Source: a virus (Duplodnaviria; Caudoviricetes). Taken from it: 43,081 nt of DNA. The stretch lies in IMG/VR virus record IMGVR_UViG_3300046057_000035, positions 1-43,081 of that record; one strand, 5' to 3'. Below the pieces are notes generated by a model that was not told the origin of the DNA, ran no database searches, and saw nothing but the letters and a program-made list of their open reading frames with translations. Numbering within the stretch: position 1 is the first letter of the stretch; the number at the start of each line of letters is the position of its first letter. Position numbers and translations under genes: made by a program. Positions 35,750 to 43,081 of this stretch are shown one piece after another.

Positions 35750-35923
35750 ATGGGAAACTCCAAGCCAACGCTTGCCACCCGGGTTTCGGAATGGGTATAT
35801 GAGTGGATTGAGACTGAGGCAGAACGCCGCGATCGGAAGAAGGCGTACATCGTGCGCGAGCTGCTAGAGGAGGGTATTGAGCGCCGCGAGCAGGAGCATG
35901 AGGACGATGCCGTCCCCGCGTAG
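35750..35923 (+). CDS. Ribbon-helix-helix regulator in the Cro position, 57 aa
   Basis: Too short for the ORF track; MGNSKPTLATRVSEWVYEWIETEAERRDRKKAYIVRELLEEGI fits the beta-alpha-alpha RHH pattern. Confidence 0.75.
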   Translation: MGNSKPTLATRVSEWVYEWIETEAERRDRKKAYIVRELLEEGIERREQEHEDDAVPA

Positions 35924-36041
35924 CGCGCCCGCGGTAAGATACCGGCAAAGCACTTCCGAACCTCATCCTTCGGATTGTGACACCCGGTAGGAGCAACTCC
36001 AAAGGAGCCATCCTGCACCACCAGCACGCGCCTAACTCGCC

Positions 36042-36353
36042 ATGCAAGATCACTCCGCACAGGACATAGCCACAAAGGACGTTTTTACCGAGGACGGAGC
36101 CGACGTAAAGGCCCGCGTCGAGCGACTTGAGCGGCGCTTAGGTTACGTCGAGGACCGCCTTCAGCAGGAGACCTTGCGCCCGGTCCGCGCCTTGGCGGAG
36201 GAGGACAATCGGTGGCCCAGCAGCTACAGCGGCTTTATCGACCTGATGGAGCGCTCTGGGGTGCCGAAGCGGACGCGCGGTGGAGGACGCAAAGAGGAGG
36301 GGAGCCGCCGGACCACCTACGTGTCAATGTTCGACCTTGAGGAGAAGTGCTGA
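36042..36353 (+). CDS. Hypothetical protein (short coiled coil, possibly DNA-binding)
   Basis: 103-aa ORF in early operon. Confidence 0.65.
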   Translation: MQDHSAQDIATKDVFTEDGADVKARVERLERRLGYVEDRLQQETLRPVRALAEEDNRWPSSYSGFIDLMERSGVPKRTRGGGRKEEGSRRTTYVSMFDLEEKC

Positions 36354-36363
36354 CCAGAGACAA

Positions 36364-36445
36364 GCGGACCTAGCTCAGCGGTAGAGCGCTGCACTGCTTG
36401 TACCCTCCAGTGCAGAGGTGGGCCGTTCGAATCGGCCGGTCCGCA
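36364..36445 (+). ncRNA. tRNA-like RNA with expanded anticodon arm
   Basis: Acceptor GCGGACC/GGTCCGC, D-arm GCTC-AGCGGTA-GAGC, T-arm GGCCG-TTCGAAT-CGGCC all perfect; anticodon arm is 8 bp (CTGCACTG/CAGTGCAG) with 11-nt loop CTTGTACCCTC; no encoded CCA. Confidence 0.85.
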
Positions 36446-36486
36446 CGACACTCATTAGAGCTGATCACCGACCAGCGCCCAGGGGC

Positions 36487-36522
36487 AAAAAAAATGCCCC
36501 CTCCGCTACAGACGGAGGAGGC
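36487..36522 (-). terminator. Minus-strand terminator-like hairpin
   Basis: GCCTCCTCCG...CGGAGGGGGC followed by A and eight Ts on the minus strand. Confidence 0.5.
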
Positions 36523-36547
36523 GCTGTCTCAAAACTTCGATATAGAC

Positions 36548-37030
36548 ATGACTACAATCCACCTGACCGGACAGCGTTCCGGTGCCACCATCGACGATAA
36601 GCCCATGGACCCACCGCTGCCCACCGGCGGGGGCCGCGTGATCGTTTGGATCGGAAAGCGCCCCGCCGTCGTCGTGCGCCACGACCAGCGGGGTACGGCC
36701 CTGTACAACGTCCACGACCCCGAGGGCTGCCGGATCTACACGCGGGCCCGAATTCGCCGCTGGTGGCCTGCCGCCCAGGCGTTTGACGCCCCTGATAGCG
36801 TCGGGGAGATGGTGGCCCGCGCTGTCGACGGGGCGTACGACGAAGAGGCGTCGGCTGCAGGCTACGACAGCCCTCTCAGCTACGTGATGGGCCTCGTCGC
36901 CGCGATCGGGACCGCCTCGTTCGAGGAGCTGGACGCCGCACGGAAGACCTCGCTTGAGAAAACCTCGCTTGAGAAAACCTCGCTTGAGAAGGCCTCTCGG
37001 CAACCGCCTGAGGAGGTGATGAGCCGATGA
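36548..37030 (+). CDS. Hypothetical protein with C-terminal KTSLE repeats
   Basis: Start at MTTIHL; 15-bp tandem repeats near the end. Confidence 0.65.
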   Translation: MTTIHLTGQRSGATIDDKPMDPPLPTGGGRVIVWIGKRPAVVVRHDQRGTALYNVHDPEGCRIYTRARIRRWWPAAQAFDAPDSVGEMVARAVDGAYDEEASAAGYDSPLSYVMGLVAAIGTASFEELDAARKTSLEKTSLEKTSLEKASRQPPEEVMSR

Positions 37031-37332
37031 CCACCCCGCCCGCCGAAAGGAGTTCTTGTAGGACCTTCTCTAGCCGACAAGTGGAAGATGTTTGGATTGT
37101 CCATTCGAGCCTCACGACACGACTGGACACCGAGATCGCCGCCTGCGCCTACGACGCGTTCAGCAAGTGGGCCGCCCGGCGCGGACTGGCCGGCCGCGTT
37201 TTGGCTGGACAGCGTATTGACGAGCCGGTCCGGCACCTCGACTTAGCGGTCGAGACTGAAGCGGGGCTCGCAGGCGCCGGCTCAGAACTGCACCGAGTGC
37301 ACATTGTCCGCGAACGGCTTCTTGAGAGCTGA
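37027..37332 (+). CDS. Hypothetical protein
   Basis: ATGA-coupled to upstream gene. Confidence 0.55.
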   Translation: MTTPPAERSSCRTFSSRQVEDVWIVHSSLTTRLDTEIAACAYDAFSKWAARRGLAGRVLAGQRIDEPVRHLDLAVETEAGLAGAGSELHRVHIVRERLLES

Positions 37333-37571
37333 TGAGCGTCCTAAAAGTGCTGACCGGCCTCGCCTTCGGAATCGCCGGCGCCGTGTGTTCGATCACGGCT
37401 TACCGGCGCCATCGGCGCATCCAGCGCGCCTGGGAGCGCTGCCGTGGAACGCGCCCAAACACCCAGGAGGAGGCCGAAGCGCTTGCGCGACAGACCGACA
37501 TTACATTCGACTACGACCGCCGCACGTGCGCCTTTGAGGGCCACGCGCGCTCGATTGCCTACACCAACTGA
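37332..37571 (+). CDS. Small protein with N-terminal TM segment
   Basis: VLTGLAFGIAGAVCSITAY followed by RRHRR; TGATG coupling. Confidence 0.6.
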   Translation: MSVLKVLTGLAFGIAGAVCSITAYRRHRRIQRAWERCRGTRPNTQEEAEALARQTDITFDYDRRTCAFEGHARSIAYTN

Positions 37572-37599
37572 CAGCACGCACCGCACTCGGAAACATGAA

Positions 37600-37719
37600 G
37601 TGAGCCCTGATTGAGTGAGCCCTGACGAGCGGCGAGAGAGACCGCGAAACGCCTGCGAGAGGACCGCCAGGTCCACCCAACCATGGGTGCAGGCGTCGGC
37701 TGTTTTCGACTACGCTCAC
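37600..37719 (+). ncRNA. Type I hammerhead ribozyme
   Basis: CTGACGA (37622-28), stem II GCGG/CCGC, GAAAC (37646-50), stem III GCCTGC/GCAGGC, GTC triplet (37695-97), stem I AGCC/GGCT plus distal GTGAGC/GCTCAC. Confidence 0.88.
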
Positions 37720-37736
37720 AGACACTACCGAACGCC

Positions 37737-38774
37737 ATGAGTGATCCAACACAGAGTGATTTAACACAAGAAACGAACGCGCTGCTTCGCCGCCTCGTGT
37801 CGGCGGTGGAGCGGAAGGAGCTCGGCCTCACGGCCGGTCCGCCCGGCAGCGTCACGCTCTACGCCAACCGCGTGAAGGCGCCGGACGGCGGGGTGTGGTA
37901 CCGGTGGGACCGGCAGGCCGAAGAGCCGATCGCCGTGACCGACCGGTACGTCCGGGGGCGCCTGACCGACGTCGTCTGCTACGAGAAGTCCTCCGAGCAG
38001 GGCACCACGACGAAGGTGCGCGCGGCGCTCTCTGCGGGCCGCACGCGGTACGAGATCGAGACGACGCTCACCGCGACCAGTGGCCGGGGGCTGGTCGCTG
38101 GGCTTCTTGAGGCGGCCGAGAGCGCTTTAGCGAACGCGCCAAAGCGCCCCATCACGATCGGCGCCGAGCCGGCCGACAAAGATCAGGTCCTCTTCATGAA
38201 CGTCTTTACCGACGAGGGCGGGAAGCAATATCCCGACTCGATGCCGAAGGGCGAGGAGGCGCTCGTGAGCGGCTTGGAGACGGTCCGCTCTTGGATGGGA
38301 CTAAAGCCAAACCCGTGGACCGATCGCTTCCAGAGCACAGCTTCGCATAAGAGCACAGCTTCTTCGAGTGGCGACTCGCCTCGCTCGACCCGCCAGAATA
38401 GCTCGACCCGCCAGAATGGCCAAAGCCGCGAGCCCCGCGAGTCGGAGGAAATATACGACCAGTCCAAAAAAAGGGGACCGAGCCCCGAAGAGGCGGCGCG
38501 CAAGCTTGTCCAGAAGGCGCGGGAGCACGACGCGGGGCAGCTCGCTGGGGAGGTGACCGTCAGCGGCGCGCCGCTGAGCCAGAAGCTGCGCGGGCTCGCC
38601 GAGTACGCCGGCCGGGACAAGGGCTACGTCGCTCGCGTCTGCGACGCGCTCTCCATCGGGGGCTTCGACGAGGTGGCCGTGGGGCAGGCCCAGGACGTCG
38701 CGCAGATGCTTCTCGACGAGGACATGCTGCGGGAAAACAAGAGCTTTGAGCCGGATGGCGAGATGCCGTTTTAG
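37737..38774 (+). CDS. Putative ssDNA-binding/recombination protein
   Basis: Beta-rich N-terminal domain, disordered linker, SSB-like acidic tail EPDGEMPF; start at MSDPTQ. Confidence 0.5.
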   Translation: MSDPTQSDLTQETNALLRRLVSAVERKELGLTAGPPGSVTLYANRVKAPDGGVWYRWDRQAEEPIAVTDRYVRGRLTDVVCYEKSSEQGTTTKVRAALSAGRTRYEIETTLTATSGRGLVAGLLEAAESALANAPKRPITIGAEPADKDQVLFMNVFTDEGGKQYPDSMPKGEEALVSGLETVRSWMGLKPNPWTDRFQSTASHKSTASSSGDSPRSTRQNSSTRQNGQSREPRESEEIYDQSKKRGPSPEEAARKLVQKAREHDAGQLAGEVTVSGAPLSQKLRGLAEYAGRDKGYVARVCDALSIGGFDEVAVGQAQDVAQMLLDEDMLRENKSFEPDGEMPF

Positions 38775-38840
38775 GTGCCGTCGTTTAGCGGGTCGCCCGT
38801 TGTTTCAAGTTCATGAGATTGTATTCCACGGAGAGTCAAG

Positions 38841-39809
38841 ATGAGCATTTTTGCGGACGAGACCCTCACTCAAGGCGAGCGACTCGTATGGTTTGCCATT
38901 CGTGAGTTGGCCACTGGGGGGCTGTGTCGCGTCGGCGCATCCGAGGTTGCCGATCACATGGGAAGCGCTCGCGCGCATGTAAGCCGCTCTATTCGGTCAC
39001 TTGCCGATCAGGGGTGGATAGAACGCACTGAGAGCGGCGCGCTAGTGCCAGTGGACGACCCAGGCGCTTCCAGCAAAGAATCCCAGCGTGACTCTGAGTC
39101 ACGAAATCGTGACTCTCAGTCACGTGACTCTCAGTCACGCAAGGGTTTCCCCGCTCCTCCCTTCGTTTCCCCCCAAGAAAGTACACTCAACCCCCCTTTG
39201 CCTTCCCACCTCACCCCTTCCCAAAAAGTGGTGGTCGGCTCCGCTGACGCGGACCGACCGCCCTGGTTGCAGCGGCTTTTGGATGAAATCTCATGGCAGG
39301 CCGAGCCCCTCCCGGACGGTCACCCCGCTTGCTGGGAATACCACCCCGGCGAGTGGCAGTGGGAAGCGGCGATTTACCTGCTGCGAGGGCTTCAGGAGCA
39401 CCAAGTTCTGCACAGCGGGATCGACGACAGCAAGCCTGAAGGGCAGATTGCCTCGGAATGGGCCGATGCCTTTCGGCTCCTTCACGAGGAGGATGGATAC
39501 GGACTGCCAGCCATCCGAGGGACGCTTTGGTGGCTGATAAACACCGAAAATTGGTGGATTCAGAACGTCATCCAGAGCGGCAGCAATTACGCCCTGCGGA
39601 GCCGCGACGGCGACGGAGCCCACAAATTCGACAAACTCGTTCAGCGAGCCCGACGCTACTATGAGCAGAGGCAGAAGCAGCGTGCCGACCCAGACACAAT
39701 CCGCGAAGGATTCGCCCCCGAAAGCGAACAGGAGCCTGAGCCTGCCGGGTCTTCCGGAGACGCCATCCCTCACGAGCGAGGAGTGGAAGTCTCCGGTTTC
39801 CAGTGGTGA
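38841..39809 (+). CDS. Replication initiator (N-terminal wHTH)
   Basis: LTQGERLVW...SEVADHMGSARAHVSRSIRSLADQGWIER; internal repeats; C-terminal WWIQNVIQS..LR..KFDKL. Confidence 0.75.
   Translation: MSIFADETLTQGERLVWFAIRELATGGLCRVGASEVADHMGSARAHVSRSIRSLADQGWIERTESGALVPVDDPGASSKESQRDSESRNRDSQSRDSQSRKGFPAPPFVSPQESTLNPPLPSHLTPSQKVVVGSADADRPPWLQRLLDEISWQAEPLPDGHPACWEYHPGEWQWEAAIYLLRGLQEHQVLHSGIDDSKPEGQIASEWADAFRLLHEEDGYGLPAIRGTLWWLINTENWWIQNVIQSGSNYALRSRDGDGAHKFDKLVQRARRYYEQRQKQRADPDTIREGFAPESEQEPEPAGSSGDAIPHERGVEVSGFQW
39087..39139. repeat. Three palindromic iteron-like repeats CGTGACT-N3-AGTCACG (candidate origin)
   Basis: Copies 39087-39103, 39108-39124, 39123-39139 inside the initiator linker. 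Confidence 0.7.
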
Positions 39810-40218
39810 ACTGACGGATGCCCTGACGCGCCTGGCACTGGAAGTGCAGCCTGACATTCGCGATCAGCCGCTCAGGCAAAAAGCGCTACGCAGGCGACTG
39901 GAGCAGCGAGGCTACACGAAGGGCGAGATCCTTTACGCCGTCGATGAGCTCGCCGACGAACCCGAATTGGATGACAAACTGCGGTACGGGGGCGACCTGT
40001 CGGCGGCAGACTTTCGGCGCGTAATCGAACCGATTCGAAAAACTCGCAGCCGTCTGCGGCAGGGAAAGGTGCTTACGGAAGAGGAGGTCTGGTGTGCGGT
40101 CGACGCTGTACCTCAGCTAGAGCGAGGAGACTTCGGAGCTTGCCGATCGGAGGAGAGCGATCGGCGGTTTATTCTCAAGAAACAGGCCCGCCAGCGCTTG
40201 GAGGCCACGCATGCCTGA
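39661..40218 (+). CDS. Putative helicase-loader-like replication protein
   Basis: Helical ORF overlapping the initiator 3' end; positional call, start uncertain. Confidence 0.45.
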   Translation: MSRGRSSVPTQTQSAKDSPPKANRSLSLPGLPETPSLTSEEWKSPVSSGELTDALTRLALEVQPDIRDQPLRQKALRRRLEQRGYTKGEILYAVDELADEPELDDKLRYGGDLSAADFRRVIEPIRKTRSRLRQGKVLTEEEVWCAVDAVPQLERGDFGACRSEESDRRFILKKQARQRLEATHA

Positions 40219-40498
40219 GACGCAAACCGCCGAGGCTTCGGAAGCGAAAGCTGAGGCGCCCGACCGGATTGGAGACCACATTGAGGAGGTCTCCGCGGGC
40301 CTCTTCGGGGAAAAGCTTTCCGACCCGATGCTCACCCTCAAGTGCCGCTATCTCTACGTGTCGGCGAAGATCGAGGCGAAGCAACGCCAGAACGAGGACC
40401 CCAGCCAACGGCTGCTCGACAAGCACGACGAGCTCGAACAGAGGCTGAAGGCCAAGGGTGTGACCCCATCGTTTCTCCTCAAAACTGCAAAAAAGTGA
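40211..40498 (+). CDS. Hypothetical protein
   Basis: ATGCCTGA overlap with upstream gene. Confidence 0.65.
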   Translation: MPETQTAEASEAKAEAPDRIGDHIEEVSAGLFGEKLSDPMLTLKCRYLYVSAKIEAKQRQNEDPSQRLLDKHDELEQRLKAKGVTPSFLLKTAKK

Positions 40499-40515
40499 TC
40501 ACTATAAGCGATTCG

Positions 40516-40887
40516 ATGAGTACAGTCCAACACACGGTTTGGCGTCCCGGTGGGAGCTGCGCGGCGTGCGGTTCGCTGATCGTTACCAGCGGGCGCTCGA
40601 CGTGGTGCACGCAGGCCGGTTGCGGCTGGGCCGATCCACACGACAACGATTCGATAGCGACAGCTTCAGCACGGAACGACAGCCCGATGCCCCTGACCTC
40701 CAACCAACGCGCTTATGCTGCCGCTTATCAGACTGCGCTCGCCCACGATGAGGACGAGCCAAACCCCACAGCCTTCGGCATTACCGAAGGCCACGCCGAG
40801 ATGCTGCAGATTCGCGTCGAGAAGGGCACCGTCGACTACGACGAGCTGCCCGAAATGCTGCGACCTCCCGAACTCGACACCGAGTAG
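40516..40887 (+). CDS. Hypothetical protein with Zn-ribbon-like N-terminus
   Basis: CAACG...WCTQAGC; acidic C-terminal half; start uncertain. Confidence 0.55.
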   Translation: MSTVQHTVWRPGGSCAACGSLIVTSGRSTWCTQAGCGWADPHDNDSIATASARNDSPMPLTSNQRAYAAAYQTALAHDEDEPNPTAFGITEGHAEMLQIRVEKGTVDYDELPEMLRPPELDTE

Positions 40888-40889
40888 CC

Positions 40890-41591
40890 ATGCCAAAGAC
40901 TAAAGAGCAGACCGACGAGCACCCCATCATCTTTAGCGGGTGGTCGATCCGTCGCATCTTTGCAGGCGAGAAGACACAGACGCGGCGGATCGTGAAAGGG
41001 TACGATCAGATGCTTGAACTGTCCGGAGGGAATTGGCCGTGGGCAGAAACGCCCGATGGGGAGGGCTACATGCTGGACTTTCCTTATGGCGCGACTGGCG
41101 ATGTGCTGTGGGTGCGAGAGGCGTTTCGGTTGCCTGCTAAGTTTGATGATGACTCGCCTACGGAAGCGATGCTGCACGGTCGTCCATCGCCTGCGCTGTA
41201 CTGTGCTGATGGCACTAGCAATCATTGTGGAAAGTGGAACCCTGTACGTCAAGACCCACCATCAGCAGATTCGAATTTCTGGGGCCGCAAGCGCCCAAGC
41301 ATCCACATGCCCTGCGAGCTGTGCCGCCTGCGGCTGCGCGTCGAGGACGTGCGGGTGGAGCCCTTGCAGGCAATAACCGAGGCGGATGCCGTCGCAGAAG
41401 GAATACCCAAAACCCTAGACTTGAACGCACTAAAATTTGAGGTAGCAAAACATGCTGTTGAAGATCTAGAGGCACGGGTAACTCCAAGACTTGCGTTCAG
41501 ATCACTTTGGGAAAGCATCCACGGCACCGGCGCGTGGGAAGAGAACCCCTGGGTCTGGATCGTAGCATTTTCCAGAATCGATACTGAGTAG
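40890..41591 (+). CDS. ASCH/PUA-like phage protein
   Basis: PIIFS...IFAGEKTQTRR, PYG..GDVLWVRE, RPSIHMP, LQAITEADAVAEG, WEENPWVW. Confidence 0.85.
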   Translation: MPKTKEQTDEHPIIFSGWSIRRIFAGEKTQTRRIVKGYDQMLELSGGNWPWAETPDGEGYMLDFPYGATGDVLWVREAFRLPAKFDDDSPTEAMLHGRPSPALYCADGTSNHCGKWNPVRQDPPSADSNFWGRKRPSIHMPCELCRLRLRVEDVRVEPLQAITEADAVAEGIPKTLDLNALKFEVAKHAVEDLEARVTPRLAFRSLWESIHGTGAWEENPWVWIVAFSRIDTE

Positions 41592-41593
41592 CC

Positions 41594-42247
41594 ATGACTG
41601 ACCCGTATGCGCAAATCGGTGCCGTGACGCTCTACTGCGCCGACTGCCGCGAAATCCTCGCGCAGCTACGTGCTGACACAGTGATCACCGACCCGGTGTG
41701 GCCGGGCGCTAACGTGCCGCTTGCAGGTCGTGAAAGCCCAACTATGCTCTTGTCGGAGGCATTAGCAAAGATCACCGATGCAACCCGTCTCGCCCTTCAC
41801 CTCGGATGTGACACCGATCCGCGCTTTCACATGGCGGTGCCTGACTGCTTCAACTTCTTTCGCGCGGCGTGGCTGAGCTACGCAAAACCTGCATACAAGG
41901 GCCGCCTCCTCCAGGGTGCAGACGTGGCCTATCTCTTTGGGGAGCCCCCTCCCTCCAGAGGAGGGCAGCATCTTATTTCAGGAGAAGTCAAAGAAAACGG
42001 TGCCCAGGGGAAAGAGCGCGACCACCCAACCCCTCGCAAGCTGCATCATGTCGAGTGGCTCGTCAAGTGGTGGAGTGCCCCAGCAGACGTGATCGTCGAC
42101 CCCTTCGCGGGGAGCGGCACCACGGGACTCGCCGCGATGCGCTGGGATCGGGAGTGCGCTCTGATAGAGATCAAAGAGGAGCACTGTGAGACGGCCGCCC
42201 GCGCGCTGGAGCAAGAGGCGAAACAGCCAACATTTGCCTATGCCTGA
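41594..42247 (+). CDS. N6-adenine/N4-cytosine DNA methyltransferase (beta class)
   Basis: LYCADC, ITDPVW (motif IV variant), HPTPRK, DPFAGSGTT (motif I). Confidence 0.85.
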   Translation: MTDPYAQIGAVTLYCADCREILAQLRADTVITDPVWPGANVPLAGRESPTMLLSEALAKITDATRLALHLGCDTDPRFHMAVPDCFNFFRAAWLSYAKPAYKGRLLQGADVAYLFGEPPPSRGGQHLISGEVKENGAQGKERDHPTPRKLHHVEWLVKWWSAPADVIVDPFAGSGTTGLAAMRWDRECALIEIKEEHCETAARALEQEAKQPTFAYA

Positions 42248-42500
42248 CAAAGCGGACGATCCTGCACATGCGAGCGAGGCTGCGGGCGCCGCGGGTCCTT
42301 GGCAGGAGGGGGAGCCGGAGAAGCGCGGGCGCTACCTTGTCGAGTACGAGGAGTACGACCAGCGGCGCGTCTTCGTGGCGGACTATCGCCCGCGGAGGAT
42401 CGGCGATGACATGGAGCTGCAGTGGGCAGGCATTATGGACACTGCGACGGTGCTGCGCTACGCTCCAATCCACTCTCCGTATGTTCAATACCCCGAGTAG
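42240..42500 (+). CDS. Hypothetical protein
   Basis: Start at MPDKAD with ATGCCTGA overlap; W...PEKRGRYLV motif common in small phage proteins. Confidence 0.65.
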   Translation: MPDKADDPAHASEAAGAAGPWQEGEPEKRGRYLVEYEEYDQRRVFVADYRPRRIGDDMELQWAGIMDTATVLRYAPIHSPYVQYPE

Positions 42501-42502
42501 CC

Positions 42503-42775
42503 ATGCCTGACGACACATGCCACCTGTGCGACCGAAAAGCCGTGAAGCTGTGTGATGGGGTTCGCGCCATTCCTTCGGATGGCGAGGGAAATATCGACAT
42601 GGATCATCTGGGCAAAACAGTGACGTGTGACCGGTTGCTTTGTAGAGAACACGCGACCGTCATTGGCAGAACGTGTGACCGAAATGGATCTGATACGATT
42701 GACCATTGCCCACGGTGCGCTGACAACTGGATTTCCGACCACGAACCGCCGCTTGTTGAATCTGAGCTGCTTTAA
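42503..42775 (+). CDS. Cys-rich putative zinc-finger protein
   Basis: CHLC..A..LCD...TCDRLLCREH...DHCPRC. Confidence 0.7.
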   Translation: MPDDTCHLCDRKAVKLCDGVRAIPSDGEGNIDMDHLGKTVTCDRLLCREHATVIGRTCDRNGSDTIDHCPRCADNWISDHEPPLVESELL

Positions 42776-42778
42776 TCG

Positions 42779-43006
42779 ATGCCTGACCCATCTGAACACG
42801 TCACTGCCGTGTCCCCGAGCGGCACCGTCCACGCCCTAAAAGAAGACGAGCCGAAAACGCTCTGCGGACGCACGGCGCGCTTATCTCAAGGGTGGGCGTA
42901 CACTGGCTCACTCAAAGGGTCTTGGGATGAAGACTTTCCGCCGCCCTACGAGCACGAGGCCGCCTGCACCATTTGTTCTCACAACTACGAGCGGAAACAT
43001 GCCTGA
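42779..43006 (+). CDS. Small putative zinc-binding protein
   Basis: VH...TLCG...CTIC. Confidence 0.65.
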   Translation: MPDPSEHVTAVSPSGTVHALKEDEPKTLCGRTARLSQGWAYTGSLKGSWDEDFPPPYEHEAACTICSHNYERKHA

Positions 43007-43081
43007 ACAGCAAGCCGACTACGACACTGACGACACGCAACCGACACCGGGGCCACTACGCACTAAAGGACTTGAGGTGGT
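42999..43081 (+). CDS. Hypothetical protein, 5' fragment
   Basis: ATGCCTGA overlap; MPEQQADYDTDDTQPTPGP... open to the window end. Confidence 0.5.
   Translation, partial: MPEQQADYDTDDTQPTPGPLRTKGLEV

Larger units (their letters stand above)
1..43081. mobile_element. Temperate siphovirus-like phage/prophage region (boundaries outside the window)
   Basis: Ordered terS-terL-portal-minor head-scaffold-capsid-neck-tail-tape measure genes, amidase endolysin, divergent repressor/Cro-like pair and replication genes; no host housekeeping genes seen. Confidence 0.95.

Noticed and set aside
36364-36445. Canonical decoding tRNA (Thr, Tyr, Val or Ser) or intron-containing tRNA
   Set aside because: No 5-bp stem with 7-nt loop can be drawn, and no self-splicing intron or bulge-helix-bulge is evident
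36446-36530. HDV-like (theta) ribozyme after the tRNA-like RNA
   Set aside because: I could not build the P1/P2/P3 nested pseudoknot; the hairpins fit a terminator-like element better

Overview
The whole window reads as a high-GC, long-tailed (siphovirus-type) temperate phage or prophage with very acidic proteins. A bacterial amidase endolysin, lipoproteins and the D/E-rich proteome suggest a halophilic bacterial host such as Salinibacter/Rhodothermota (inference). The minus strand, read right to left, carries: an S24-type repressor plus a second S24-only gene (34.5-35.6 kb); an envelope/lipoprotein/nuclease accessory block (31.6-34.4 kb); a tightly coupled SNF2 / GNAT / pseudo-SNF2 / ParB-PAPS-reductase (IbrB-IbrA-like) / ParB module (21.5-28.3 kb); a lysis cassette that includes a CREST-family (alkaline-ceramidase-like) membrane hydrolase (17-20 kb); a ParB + ABC-ATPase-GNAT + ASCH cluster; then terS, terL, portal, minor head, scaffold, major capsid, neck and tail genes, a -1 frameshifted tail chaperone, and a tape measure gene running off the left edge. 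The plus strand from 35.75 kb is the early/replication operon. It contains an RHH Cro-like gene, a tRNA-like RNA with an expanded anticodon arm, a canonical hammerhead ribozyme, an initiator with internal palindromic repeats, an ASCH-like protein and a DNA methyltransferase. No integrase, att site, CRISPR array or rRNA is visible. All family calls come from motif recognition by eye; no searches or folding programs were run.
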